64,000 nt of DNA from Naegleria gruberi (Eukaryota), in the NCBI GenBank assembly GCA_000004985.1, contig GG738845.1; one strand, given 5' to 3'. The position numbers and the translations under genes are program-made. This document shows positions 33,676 through 44,498 of this stretch, piece by piece (position 1 is the first letter of the stretch; each line of letters begins with the position of its first letter). Below the pieces are notes generated by a model. That model was not told where the DNA came from and did not search any database. It saw nothing but the letters and a program-made list of their open reading frames with translations.

Positions 33676-34758
33676 ATGGAAGATCAAGCCGAAACTTCAC
33701 TGCACTATTTTGAATTTCAATCTCCTCTAAATAACAATAACTCTTTGACATTTGTTGATATGACAAAAGATGTTGCTTTCAAAATTAAGTACGAAGGACA
33801 TAAATGTTTAAAAGTTAACAAACACTTTAGAAACAATGAGCTTTTTCAAAATAACTTCTTTGTCTTTAAGAATGAAGATTCCAACGATTCAAGCTCATTT
33901 CCGCAACAAGAATGTGAAGATTTTAATATCTTAGAACCATCAGCCAATCAACTTGAAGGAGTATCAAGTATTTGTACACAAAGACAGAAGCAAAAGTCTT
34001 TCGATGAATCGAAACCTTCTCAAGAGAAGCCTTGTTCGTTTACATTCATTAGTTCTTCCCCTCACAACAATTTTACTGCCAATTACAATACATCCTTTGA
34101 AAAGCAGGCCTCAAAGAAAAGAAAGCAACAGTCCTTCAAGAATCAAGTTGAAACCTCTCCAAAAAAAAGGAAGAAAAGAAGAAATAGTGTGCATGCTGCT
34201 TCTGATCATTCAACCAAAGATAATAGAAAAAGAAACAGAGCTGGAAGTTTGGACTCTTCTACTTTCTATTCAATTGACCAAATTAATTCTTGCACATTTC
34301 CAGAAGATGAAGCTAATTTAGATAGCTCATACACAGATTTGAGAGAAGATCATGGTTTAATTTATTCACTCCTATTTCCCACTCAGCAAGAAAATGTCAC
34401 AGAAGATCATTTCCTTCCAAACACTCCTTCAATTCAACAGAACGTCGATCTCAATTTTAATGAAATTGATGAATTATTGAATGACTTTTCCATGGTGTCA
34501 GAATTGACCCTGTCTTCTAATGAACAATCTCTTCATTCTATTGATAACAATCTCATTGAAGAAGCTACTGAACTCAAAATACTGAATTCAGACGAAGAAT
34601 TCTGTGGTGATACTCTTATTGATTTTCAGCACGGCGAGGAAATAATTGAATCCATCAACAATTTACCACCACTCTTCGATATTCAATCAGACTTAATTGA
34701 AGAGCACGATATTTCTGATCTAGATACTCTCTTTGCAAATATTGAAAATAGTTTATAA
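33676..34758 (+). CDS. Hypothetical acidic nuclear protein (360 aa) with a KRKKRR NLS
   Basis: Single ORF from a true ATG. Ser/Asn/Glu-rich, basic cluster SPKKRKKRRNS. No domain recognised. Confidence 0.5.
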   Translation: MEDQAETSLHYFEFQSPLNNNNSLTFVDMTKDVAFKIKYEGHKCLKVNKHFRNNELFQNNFFVFKNEDSNDSSSFPQQECEDFNILEPSANQLEGVSSICTQRQKQKSFDESKPSQEKPCSFTFISSSPHNNFTANYNTSFEKQASKKRKQQSFKNQVETSPKKRKKRRNSVHAASDHSTKDNRKRNRAGSLDSSTFYSIDQINSCTFPEDEANLDSSYTDLREDHGLIYSLLFPTQQENVTEDHFLPNTPSIQQNVDLNFNEIDELLNDFSMVSELTLSSNEQSLHSIDNNLIEEATELKILNSDEEFCGDTLIDFQHGEEIIESINNLPPLFDIQSDLIEEHDISDLDTLFANIENSL

Positions 34759-35099
34759 ATTAAATTCAAGTCAACTTTATGTCAATCTCGTTGTAAATCT
34801 TCAAGTTGTTTTACATGTTCTGCCGTCTCACGTATGACCTGTTTTCAATGAAAGGAGGATATGATGAGTGAGGTTGTGATGATCATTAAAATTCATCAAT
34901 TATTCATCATCGGAAAACTCGTCATCGCTGTCACCATCACTATCATCATTATCGAGGCCATTACCATCCTTAGCATCCTTTTTTCTATCTTCTTCAGCCA
35001 ATTTTTCTGCTTCTCTCATAATATTATGTTGTTTTCTAAGACTCATTGTACTCATTTGTCTTTCCAACTAAATATTTCCACAATAATAGGTTAAATTAT

Positions 35100-35468
35100 T
35101 TAAATTTTGAAACTAACCTCTTCCAAACTTTGAATTTCATCTGCCAATTGTTCATCACCAACTAACTTATCATCATACGACTCACAACATTTGGCACATT
35201 TTTTCTGTTTTTTGGCACAAGCATCACAGATAACGTGATAGGCCAGTGTGATAGTTTTTTGTTGACAAACATTACATCTTCTTGGTTGTGTTAGTGGTTT
35301 ATACTTTCTGTAAGCTTTCTTCCATTCAATAATGTCGTGACATCTTTTACAAAGTCCAACATTCGGAGTAGAAAGAATTTTAGCAGTTAATTTAGAAGCC
35401 TTGTTGTGTTTGAAAGCATAATCGTTTTGGTGGCGAGGTTTTGGACCATCTCTTCTGATTTGTGTCAT
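35100..35468 (-). CDS. DUF2039 / C9orf85-like small zinc-ribbon protein
   Basis: MTQIRRDGPKPRHQNDYAFKHNKASKLT...CKRCHDII...CNVCQQK...CDAC...CAKCC resembles the conserved N-terminal motif and Cys clusters of the C9orf85 family. True ATG at 35468. A possible spliced acidic C-terminal exon (35067-34900) is listed in findings. Confidence 0.5.
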   Translation of the reverse strand: MTQIRRDGPKPRHQNDYAFKHNKASKLTAKILSTPNVGLCKRCHDIIEWKKAYRKYKPLTQPRRCNVCQQKTITLAYHVICDACAKKQKKCAKCCESYDDKLVGDEQLADEIQSLEEVSFKI

Positions 35469-35534
35469 TTTTATTAATATCGCAAATTGCTCATTTACCA
35501 AACATCAACTCAACAAGAATGATGAAGAAAAAAA

Positions 35535-36788
35535 ATGCTTTCTCGTTATTGTTCCGATAACAATGAACTAGAAAATAAAATAGTTGAAGGAAATAACCAT
35601 CTCGATAACAAATCATACCAGTTGGCTTTAGATTGTTTTAACAAATCATTAATTTTATATAATGATCATGTAGAAACAAGAAAATCTAATCCAATAACAA
35701 GTCCATCTTTTACGGCAACAACACTCTTGGCTGTTATTTACTACAAGGTTGGACTTGGTCACTTTTATTTAGATCAACAAGAACAAGCTATTCCGTATTT
35801 TGAAAAAGCAATTGAAAGCGATCCTACTGGATATGCCAATGCCTGTACAATGCTATTTAACTCATTATGGAAATTGAACAGTTGTGTTTATGCAATAATG
35901 GTTGTTCATGATTTTTTAAATAACTTCCCTCAAAAGAGGAAAGCTATTGAACCTATTTTGAATAATTTGAGAGAATCAAAGTTTTGGTATTTAGATCCAA
36001 GACTAAGAATTGTAAAATTGTCTCATGATAATTATTGTGTACAAGCTATTGAGGATATACCTGTTGAGGAAGTAATTAAAATTTATGATGAGAATGGAGA
36101 AAGAGAGGAATATAGAGGTGTCACAATTGTAAAAGATTCATTACTCTGTCATGATCAATTTATTACAGGTGCATGCTTATCATCAGATGAGAGTATTGTT
36201 ACTGTTGGTATTACTCTCAAACATTTGATTCAGAATTTAAAGAAATTCCAGAATGCATTGAGAGGATTACATCCTAGAAAAATTGATGAGGCTCCTAAAA
36301 TTTTTGACAAAGAATGGAGAGAATTCTTTTTCGAACATTTACAACTCGTAAAACAAAATATTGGTATAAAGGAGGAATTTGAAGGTATGTCACTGGAAGA
36401 AATTGAATATCTTGAAAACGACAAGGAAAGGCTTGAGGAAGTACTCAGACTTACCATGGCTATCAAATTGAATGGTTTTGTAGGAGGTGTGTATGGTTTG
36501 GCGTGCCTTTTCAATCATTCTTGTGAGGAAAATTGTGAGAAAATAGATGAAAAAATCGTAACAACCAGAAATATTAAGGCAGGAGATTTTGTTTGTTTAA
36601 ATTATATGGGATTTGATGATACATTGGGAAACAGAAGAAAGTATTTGATGGAACACTTTGCCTTTGAATGTGAATGTTCTAGATGTCAAAGAGAAATAAT
36701 GGCAGGTATGTCTCTAGACGCTGATGAAGAAGCAGATGATGTTATGGAAGAGCAAGAAGTTACAGTGACAGAAAAGGATTTGGAATAA
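35535..36788 (+). CDS. SET-domain protein (putative lysine methyltransferase) with helical N-terminal region
   Basis: SET core ...GLACLFNHSCEENCEKIDEKIVTTRNIKAGDFVCLNYMGFDD... followed by a post-SET FECECSRCQ. Confidence 0.7.
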   Translation: MLSRYCSDNNELENKIVEGNNHLDNKSYQLALDCFNKSLILYNDHVETRKSNPITSPSFTATTLLAVIYYKVGLGHFYLDQQEQAIPYFEKAIESDPTGYANACTMLFNSLWKLNSCVYAIMVVHDFLNNFPQKRKAIEPILNNLRESKFWYLDPRLRIVKLSHDNYCVQAIEDIPVEEVIKIYDENGEREEYRGVTIVKDSLLCHDQFITGACLSSDESIVTVGITLKHLIQNLKKFQNALRGLHPRKIDEAPKIFDKEWREFFFEHLQLVKQNIGIKEEFEGMSLEEIEYLENDKERLEEVLRLTMAIKLNGFVGGVYGLACLFNHSCEENCEKIDEKIVTTRNIKAGDFVCLNYMGFDDTLGNRRKYLMEHFAFECECSRCQREIMAGMSLDADEEADDVMEEQEVTVTEKDLE

Positions 36789-36797
36789 ACTCACATT

Positions 36798-37264
36798 TTA
36801 CTTTAGAAACAGTGTTACAAAATGCAAAGGATTATTTAGATCTCTCCAATCAGAATTTACAAAATTAAAAGTGGAAACAAGACAGTGACTGGTTTTAAGG
36901 ACTGTTGAATATTCAATCCAAATTGGGATTGATTTGAAAGCAGAACCGCCACCTCCTTTTGCTTCAGGTTCCTTGTTGAACAATTTCACTATATCAACAT
37001 TTGTACTTGTAATAGAAANNNNNNNNNNNNNNNNNNNNNNNNNNNNNNNNNNNNNNNNNNNNNNNNNNAATTGTTTTAAAATCCGACTTTGTCATGAAAG
37101 ATATCCAAGCAAATAATAATTCCAATATTCACAATCAGAAAATTTTTTCACTTCACAGTTTCGAGAAAGAGGATCACTGTTTAGGGATTCTATGAATTTT
37201 GCAAAGGTGGGATCGGAAGTTTTTGTTGGTGTGGTTAGAATATCTGTTAGTTGCATTTTTTTGG
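36798..37264 (-). CDS. Possible small hypothetical protein spanning the 50-N gap
   Basis: Minus [57 protein letters not shown] (37264-37100) and, on the far side of the gap, ...[32 protein letters not shown]...* (to 36798). Whether they are linked is unknown. Confidence 0.2.
37019..37068. other. Assembly gap (50 N)
   Basis: A run of n characters. Confidence 1.
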
Positions 37265-37390
37265 CAATGGTTTTTTAATTTATTGTTGTAACGTTTTAAA
37301 ATAGTTCCAACTATTTCTAAATTGTAATAATCTTTTACAAGAATCTCATTAAATAACTCATAGTCAGTCTGTAAATGTTGAAAAATCCAC

Positions 37391-38070
37391 TTAAAGGCCA
37401 GCCCCCATTCTGTCAACATCCTATGAAATTGATAAAGAAAATGTTCAATATGAAAAAAACCTACTGGAAGTCTTTCAACAGTGTATTGTCTACTTCTTAT
37501 GTACATTAGAGGAACGCCAGGAATTTTTCTTAATCTTCTTTTTAAATCCTTGTCACAAGTTCCAACAATATAAACAGGATTGGCACTAACTCTATTCACA
37601 ATACAATCGTCAGCATAACAACCCTTGTGTGTGCATTTTAGTCTAACAAAACGAGGATCTTTAGCAGCTCGGAGAGCTACTTTAAACTTTGGTCCAAGTT
37701 TCTCCAATTCTGCAATGACACAATCTGTGATACAAGGAATGCATTTAGCATAAAGACAATCCATACCAGCTTTGATAATGTCAAGTTTGTTTTGGATTGA
37801 AAAGTTAATAAAGTTGGTATCTAGAAGAATTCTGTATGGAGGTCCAAGGGCTTCGTTATGAGAGAAAAACATGCTGCTGACTTGTTGTGGTTTGTGTGTA
37901 ATCATTGGTTTAATTTTGCTTTGTTCCTTTTTTAAAATTTCCTCTTTCACTTGTTTTTTAATTCCTGTTGCTTTATTCCAAGTCTTGTTTTTTTCTATTG
38001 TTCTTGATGAAATCAACTTTTTGCGGAGTTTAGATCCAACGCTCACTTTCTTATTCTTTGAGACGACCAT
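37391..38070 (-). CDS. FCF1: rRNA-processing protein FCF1 (PIN domain, SSU processome); exons 38070-37465 and 37420-37391
   Basis: Near-identical to FCF1 orthologs: [82 protein letters not shown]...[19 protein letters not shown]. The unspliced ORF gives a roughly 100-aa non-homologous tail. A 44-nt GTAGGT...TAG intron after ...ERLP gives a short normal-length C-terminus (…[13 protein letters not shown]). Confidence 0.8.
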
Positions 38071-38167
38071 TGCTATTGTTGTGCTATTTTTTTTTTGAAT
38101 TTTATCAATAAATTTGAAGTTGTACCAATTCCCTCCAATTTTAAATACGTTTTTAATTAATCAAAAA

Positions 38168-40429
38168 ATGACAAAGAGTGGATGGAAGGCTAATCCAGAC
38201 TTTTTCAAACAACAACAAAACAATAATGATATACAGGTTTTTGTTGGAAAACGACCTACTACAAGCAATATTGCTTCATCATCTACAAAAATACAACAAG
38301 TATCCACAAGACCTTCAACAAGTATTCAACCGGAAGAGACAAAACTTTCATCAAGATTATTAAGTAACAAATCAAAACCAAGAAAAGAGCCAATACCCCC
38401 ACAACAGGAGTCATTATACGAGATGACAAAGTATTTAAACAAACAGACGAGGGATATTTACAATAATGAAGATAGTTTTCAGCTTGATGACTCAGATTCA
38501 CGACTTTTCAAGCCTGCCAGGCAACATACTCTACATATGGATGATTTAGAGGACTCTTTCAATGAAAGTGACACACAAGAGCAAGAAGATGAGTATGATC
38601 CGAGGAGCCCACAATCAATACATGAATCTCCAATTAAAAAACCACTTCCTTCCCATAGAAGATCATTATCGGCTAGAATGCTTCCTAATATGGGAAGGGG
38701 GTTTGCTACCACAAAAAGAGAAGAGTCAGAAGAAGACTCTCCCATTAAGGAGCAATTGAGAGAAGAAGTAATACCAAAAAGAAAGGCTCCTAGGTACCCT
38801 TCATCTCTTTTAAATAAGAACACTAACTCAGAGCAAGTAATGGAAGAAATTACTCCTTCAAATGCTCAATTAAGAAAATCACAGGAAGAAATAACCAAAC
38901 TTTCAGGAGAAGTTACCTTCCTAAGGAAAGAAAAGGCAGAACAATCAAAAAGTCACAACGAAAAAGTAAGATCGCTGCAGGAAAGACACACTGAAGAGCT
39001 TCAAATTCAACAAAAGCGATTTGAAACCATTCTTGGGGATAAGGAAACTAGAATAACTGATCTTCAACGTGAAAATGAAAGATTGAGAGAACAACTTGGT
39101 GTCATCGATAGGAGCAAAGATGGGCAGGATACGAATAAGTTATTAAATGATTTGGATAATAAGCGGAAATCAATAGCTAATATGGAAAATGAGAAGATGG
39201 TGTTGATGGATCAAATAGAAAAAATGAAATATGATCTGGGAGAATGCACTAGACAATTAAAAGAAAGTGAAGCCAAAATAAGGAACAAAGAGGAAACATT
39301 AAATGGGTTGTCAAACAAGATTGAAACTCAAGAAAAGGAGATTAAAAATTTAAAAGAAAGAGAATTTAAGGAAATTAATGAGCGAGAAAAGGCTTTAGCC
39401 ATGTACACTGAGAGCGACAAGACCAATCAACAACTTCAAGAAAAATTGAAGAACTTGGAATTCCAATCTAAACAAATTCAAAGAGAGAATGAGATTCTCT
39501 CTCAAAGATATAATTCTATAGAAACAACAAAGATTCAACTTGAAAAAACCAATGACCAATTAAGGGCTAAAATTCAAATTACTGAGGAAGAGTTAAATCA
39601 CAATTCTCAAGAGCAATCAATATTTCATCAAGATAGAGAACAATACCAACTCAATAAGCAAAGATCTCAACAGGAGTTGGAAAATTGTAGAAGAGAAATA
39701 CTACACCTTCGTGAAACAATTAACATTCTCAAGAATGAAAAATCTACTCACTCCAACAGTTACATGATAAAAAGTGTAAATGACCATGCCTCCTTTCCAA
39801 TTAATGATATTGAAAACAATACTCCAAACTATACCTACCACCAATCGAACTTGAATTACAACAGGAAAAATACAAACATTCCATTATCTTCATACTCAAC
39901 TCAGAGTTTAATTGGAAATGAAGCAACAACTTCATTTACAGGTACCTCCACAAATACTAACGCTAGAGAAGCTAGTCATTATGATTATGCTGCTAGAGAC
40001 CAAAATCTTCAGCGAACCCAAAATCTCCAAAATAATCGATATCAACAACCAGAAATAAGCAAAGAACATGCAATTGTTGATACCCCAAAACAAAGTGCCA
40101 CTACTGCGAAAGTAATGTCTATCATCAACAGAGAAAGCCCAAAAGAGAGGCAGTACAATAGAAACAAAATTATGGGTACTTCATACAGCCTTACTCCTTT
40201 CGCGCTGGATGATAATATTTCAAGTTTACAAACAGCTAACATTGATGAACAGTTAATGCAACTCTCTCTCGAAAAAACAAGATTAGAAGGTGATATGCAA
40301 AAGCTATTTTCAATGGGGATAAAGAGTATTGCAGCTAAAAAACAAAAAATGAGCTTGGAGCTAAGGTTAGAAGAAATTGAAAAACAAAGCTCCCAGCTTA
40401 AAATGAGATTGAGGAATATGAATTACTAA
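38168..40429 (+). CDS. Long coiled-coil protein (hypothetical), about 750 aa
   Basis: True ATG at 38168 (MTKSGWK...). A central heptad-rich region of about 450 aa with EKxKxLE repeats. Its stop codon overlaps the convergent gene's stop. Confidence 0.55.
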   Translation: MTKSGWKANPDFFKQQQNNNDIQVFVGKRPTTSNIASSSTKIQQVSTRPSTSIQPEETKLSSRLLSNKSKPRKEPIPPQQESLYEMTKYLNKQTRDIYNNEDSFQLDDSDSRLFKPARQHTLHMDDLEDSFNESDTQEQEDEYDPRSPQSIHESPIKKPLPSHRRSLSARMLPNMGRGFATTKREESEEDSPIKEQLREEVIPKRKAPRYPSSLLNKNTNSEQVMEEITPSNAQLRKSQEEITKLSGEVTFLRKEKAEQSKSHNEKVRSLQERHTEELQIQQKRFETILGDKETRITDLQRENERLREQLGVIDRSKDGQDTNKLLNDLDNKRKSIANMENEKMVLMDQIEKMKYDLGECTRQLKESEAKIRNKEETLNGLSNKIETQEKEIKNLKEREFKEINEREKALAMYTESDKTNQQLQEKLKNLEFQSKQIQRENEILSQRYNSIETTKIQLEKTNDQLRAKIQITEEELNHNSQEQSIFHQDREQYQLNKQRSQQELENCRREILHLRETINILKNEKSTHSNSYMIKSVNDHASFPINDIENNTPNYTYHQSNLNYNRKNTNIPLSSYSTQSLIGNEATTSFTGTSTNTNAREASHYDYAARDQNLQRTQNLQNNRYQQPEISKEHAIVDTPKQSATTAKVMSIINRESPKERQYNRNKIMGTSYSLTPFALDDNISSLQTANIDEQLMQLSLEKTRLEGDMQKLFSMGIKSIAAKKQKMSLELRLEEIEKQSSQLKMRLRNMNY

Positions 40430-41772
40430 TTTATTGATCCGCTTTGATAATTTGGGAAGGATTGGAAATTCTCATCATCAACATAAACATTTTCATCAAT
40501 TTCAGTAGGTTTCCTTCTCTTATTCTTTTTAATATTAGTCATTAAAGTTTGAATTCTTTCTTCTTCATTTTCTTCAGAAGGATCAAATACTCTGTCAATT
40601 GCAATTATATGAGCAGAAGGAGAAGAGGTCACATTGCCTGCATTATTATTCGCTTCTGTTTCAAGAGTAATTTGCTCATAAACTGATCTATTCAAATTGC
40701 CATCTAGGAATGTAAAATATAATACTGGTCCAAAAAGGGCAAAATAAAGTACCCTAGATGACATTGTAAAACAAATTCCAACGCTTTGACATGTTAGTAA
40801 TAGTACACCTCCAACGAAATTTACAGAATGTAGTGTCATTAAAAATAATATGTACAAATAAAATGATTTCCTCTGAGGAACTCTATCCTTCATAAATCCT
40901 ATACACGGTAAAATGATAATAACAATATACATAATGGTAAATAATCCTCTCACAATAGTTTCTTGTAGGGCTGATTCGAGAACATTTGTTGTCATAATTG
41001 ATGGAAAACCTGTTTCATTATAGAAAGGAAATATGAACATTACTGAAACAGCAGCTGCATTATCTAAAACAGAGACTAGTCCAGCAATAATTGCACTTCT
41101 AACTAAAACTTTAAGATTACTCAGTGATGCTATCAATTTTCTTGGAGAGAAATGATGCATCATATATACTACAACACAAAGTTCAATAAATTCCATCAAT
41201 AGATTAAGTATCGAGAGGCATACCTTTGTTGCAATATCCAACTCATTTGATGGAATGTTTTGAGTAGATATTAAAGAGATATGATTATTAGGATGTGGTG
41301 GTACAGGTTGGGAATTATTTACATTGTACTGATACAAGGGTGAGGTTTGTAAATTTTCTTCAATATAGAAAATATTTTCTCCAATTAATGCAACGCTTGC
41401 TGTTGACAAACACGTGACTAAATGCACTACACATACACACCATACAAATGTATAAAGGGCTGGCAGTAGTAAACTATCCGTTTTCTTTAAAATTTTAACG
41501 GAAATTTTTAATTTAAATAATAAATATAATATAAATATCAAGTTTGGAATTAATGTAATAAAATAATATAAATCTAATCCACCTAAAATTCTTAAAAACA
41601 TAATATCAACACAAAATTCCGATGTTCCTTGGTTGTTGTTGCTAGGAATATTATTAAAAAAAGGACAAACTGGAAGAAAATGATTTCCCGTTGAATGTTT
41701 ATGATGATGATTGTGGTGAGAGTGATTACTTGCAAAAACAAGACCTCCACCTACAGTCTTGTCGATAAGCAT
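40426..41772 (-). CDS. Multi-pass (about 7 TM) membrane protein, hypothetical
   Basis: 448 aa with seven hydrophobic helices, an N-terminal His-rich segment and an acidic C-terminal tail. Its stop TAG (minus, 40426-40428) overlaps the + gene's stop TAA (40427-40429). Confidence 0.55.
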   Translation of the reverse strand: MLIDKTVGGGLVFASNHSHHNHHHKHSTGNHFLPVCPFFNNIPSNNNQGTSEFCVDIMFLRILGGLDLYYFITLIPNLIFILYLLFKLKISVKILKKTDSLLLPALYTFVWCVCVVHLVTCLSTASVALIGENIFYIEENLQTSPLYQYNVNNSQPVPPHPNNHISLISTQNIPSNELDIATKVCLSILNLLMEFIELCVVVYMMHHFSPRKLIASLSNLKVLVRSAIIAGLVSVLDNAAAVSVMFIFPFYNETGFPSIMTTNVLESALQETIVRGLFTIMYIVIIILPCIGFMKDRVPQRKSFYLYILFLMTLHSVNFVGGVLLLTCQSVGICFTMSSRVLYFALFGPVLYFTFLDGNLNRSVYEQITLETEANNNAGNVTSSPSAHIIAIDRVFDPSEENEEERIQTLMTNIKKNKRRKPTEIDENVYVDDENFQSFPNYQSGSIN

Positions 41773-41807
41773 TTTTTATTGAAAATGTGCCACTAAAAAT
41801 ACTAAAA

Positions 41808-42374
41808 ATGAAGCCAAACAGAACTCAAAACATTAAGAGGAAACACAACAACTCTCAACCACTACTACTATCATCATCAACTATTAAAAATTTTGAAATA
41901 AGGGACAATTTGTGGACATTAAAAGTATTATATTTCCTTTCATTAATTTATTTTTCTATAATTTCAATTGTTCATATTATTAATGCTCTTTCTGAGATTA
42001 AATTTTTCAAATCATTAGATATTCATGGTGAAATTATTCCGACCCTATTTGATTATCATCCAATACTGAACATTATTTTGTTGTTCGTTTATTTTGGTTT
42101 GATATCATTGAGCACTTTTCACAGTTTGAAATATTCAAGATCTTTGAATCTCTACTTGTTCATTCAATTTGGTTTGATGGGAATGACATTTGTTTGGTTT
42201 TTCTCTTTAATCAATCATGTTTTCTACTACTTTACAAGTTTGGAACATACATACTCCTATTTAACTCTCATTATTTCAAGTGTTTTGAATGGTTATGGTG
42301 TTTTTATTTCATCTATGATAGTTTATTACGGGTACAAACTCAAGAAATCGCTCAGATGTCAAACCTCTAAATAA
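41808..42374 (+). CDS. Small 4-TM membrane protein, hypothetical
   Basis: True ATG at 41808, only 35 nt from the divergent ATG of the 7-TM gene. It has four hydrophobic segments. Confidence 0.45.
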   Translation: MKPNRTQNIKRKHNNSQPLLLSSSTIKNFEIRDNLWTLKVLYFLSLIYFSIISIVHIINALSEIKFFKSLDIHGEIIPTLFDYHPILNIILLFVYFGLISLSTFHSLKYSRSLNLYLFIQFGLMGMTFVWFFSLINHVFYYFTSLEHTYSYLTLIISSVLNGYGVFISSMIVYYGYKLKKSLRCQTSK

Positions 42375-42376
42375 AG

Positions 42377-44230
42377 TTAAAAGTAATTAAGAGAAATGTT
42401 ATAATCAGTTTCTCCAGAATTCCAACGAGCTCCATTCAATAACAACTTTTCCTTACTCTTCTCCTTCTTCTTTGGTAATACCATTCCTGAGCTAATGATA
42501 CCTAATTCACTCTTCACTAGAGATAATTGTTTAAGTTGTGAAATACTGCTCTTAATTCTTGTTTGAATCGTTTGAATAACTTCTAAGCAATCCTTTTTAA
42601 GTAAAAATTCTCCAAAATGTGAATGAACCAATATTTGTGTCCAAACCATACATGATTCAATATGAACTGCTTCATCTTTCAATAAATTCAAAACCGTAAC
42701 AACTGCTTCAAAATCTAAAGTCTTGACAAATTTCATCATACTCAATAATTGTACATTTCTGTACTGGCTATTCAATACAAGTCTTAAACCTTCCTGATAA
42801 TTTTCTCTGTTGTAAATACTGATATAACGAATAATTTGTTCATCTGATAAAATGAGCAATTTTACAATGAGATTCAAACTTGTTCTATACTTTGCACTAT
42901 AATTGTCCAATAAATAATTAACTATCTTATTCATAATACCAATATGAATACTTGTCATTCCATCACTTCTTTCAATTTGGGTATAATTAGAAAGTAAATA
43001 ATCTAAGCAGGGTAAGACATTATCATTGGAAATATTATTGAAAACATGTTCCAATAAAATCTGATAATATTCAATCAATGGTAATTGTTTGATATATTCT
43101 AATAAATTAGAAGAATTCTTCAGTAAAGCATCTAGAATATTTAAACGTTTTTGTTGTAATTCTGTTTCAATCTTATTCCATTGAGATGAATCGTGAATAG
43201 AAAACACAAAACCATTATCAGTCTTGTGGGAGTCAACAAAAATGTTGGTCAATTTTCTATTCTTGATTTGGATAGCCTTTGTAAACTTTATACCATCAAA
43301 TTTGAACATTTTGAATAAACACTTATCAAAAATAACAAAAGGTTGGTTATAAGCAACAAATCTCAAATTATTCTTGATTAGTGCATATTTCATTACTGTT
43401 GTTAAATCCTTATTCCAAATTTGGATAATTGTGGAGTTTTGGTTGTTCATTGTAAGTAATAAGTAGTCATTGTCATATTTTGAAATATTAATATTCTTGA
43501 ACAATTTTTTGAAAGTAACCAATTTAGTATTTTGGTCTTTAATAAAATTATAGGAAAATAATGTATTGGTTGAAATATCTAAGTAAATCAAACATGATTC
43601 AGTACTATATTTATACTCGTATTGCTCAACATTGGTTAATAATTTCTTCAAAGAAATGCTAATAGATGATCCTTGAATTGTATGTAAAACATGTTCATGA
43701 TTAATGTGAATAAATTCATTTTCAAATATATTTTTAACTATTTGGTAGAATTTGATATCCTTTACATGATTTACAATCTTTGATTGATTACCATCTACAG
43801 TATGTTCCGTAATAGATGACTTATTCTTAGTATAGTAAACTAGCGAGTCATTATTAAAATATATTCTAGATGAATTACTTTTTGTGCTGTAGGTAGTCAA
43901 ATTTTCAATTTGGTCCTTCAACTTTTCAAATCTAGTGAATGAAAAGTTATCATTCTCTTGTTTCACGGAAAGAATATATTGTGATGATGATTCCAATCCA
44001 ATGATTTCTTTTATGGATTCATTATTAATTTTTCCTTCCAAAGATTTATCACAAGATAAGATACACTTGATTGAAGATGTATTATTAATTAAATCATAAT
44101 TTGTTGTATCACTTTCAACATTGTTACTAGTATTTGACTCCGTAATATTGTTGCTGGGTGGTAAACTTTTTGTTGGGCTGGTAATGTTTGGTGCTGCTTT
44201 TGAAGGTGTTGTGGAACGCTTTTTTGTCAT
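42377..44230 (-). CDS. Hypothetical 617-aa protein (beta-rich N-terminal half, helical C-terminal half)
   Basis: Single long ORF with a true ATG. No family recognised. Confidence 0.55.
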   Translation of the reverse strand: MTKKRSTTPSKAAPNITSPTKSLPPSNNITESNTSNNVESDTTNYDLINNTSSIKCILSCDKSLEGKINNESIKEIIGLESSSQYILSVKQENDNFSFTRFEKLKDQIENLTTYSTKSNSSRIYFNNDSLVYYTKNKSSITEHTVDGNQSKIVNHVKDIKFYQIVKNIFENEFIHINHEHVLHTIQGSSISISLKKLLTNVEQYEYKYSTESCLIYLDISTNTLFSYNFIKDQNTKLVTFKKLFKNINISKYDNDYLLLTMNNQNSTIIQIWNKDLTTVMKYALIKNNLRFVAYNQPFVIFDKCLFKMFKFDGIKFTKAIQIKNRKLTNIFVDSHKTDNGFVFSIHDSSQWNKIETELQQKRLNILDALLKNSSNLLEYIKQLPLIEYYQILLEHVFNNISNDNVLPCLDYLLSNYTQIERSDGMTSIHIGIMNKIVNYLLDNYSAKYRTSLNLIVKLLILSDEQIIRYISIYNRENYQEGLRLVLNSQYRNVQLLSMMKFVKTLDFEAVVTVLNLLKDEAVHIESCMVWTQILVHSHFGEFLLKKDCLEVIQTIQTRIKSSISQLKQLSLVKSELGIISSGMVLPKKKEKSKEKLLLNGARWNSGETDYNISLNYF

Positions 44231-44427
44231 TTTTTTTTAATCAAAATTTTAGTTGATGTTTTTTTTCAATTAATTAAAAATATGAATCATCAAGTAAATA
44301 AATTAAATATTCTAAAAACCTGTTTTTCGTTTCCAAAATACAACTTGCAAGTGAAATACTAATACAAACTATTAAATATAAAATTAAATTGAAAACACGT
44401 AGTGATTCAATACAAATTGGTTAATAA

Positions 44428-44444
44428 TTTGTGCGCCCGCCAAT
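44428..44444. promoter_or_regulatory. GC box TTTGTGCGCCCGCCAAT (E2F-like core plus CCAAT) in a divergent promoter
   Basis: It lies between the ATGs at 44230 (-) and 44499 (+). It is the only GC-only 9-mer in a 268-nt, roughly 80% AT spacer. Confidence 0.3.
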
Positions 44445-44498
44445 ATGTTATTGAAAGCGCTCTAATTTAATTGCATTTCAATTAGATTTTCAAAAAAG

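Noticed and set aside
37174-37464. The unspliced 298-aa FCF1 ORF with a long C-terminal extension
   Set aside because: The extension has no FCF1 homology. A canonical 44-nt intron yields a protein of normal length, so the spliced model is preferred.
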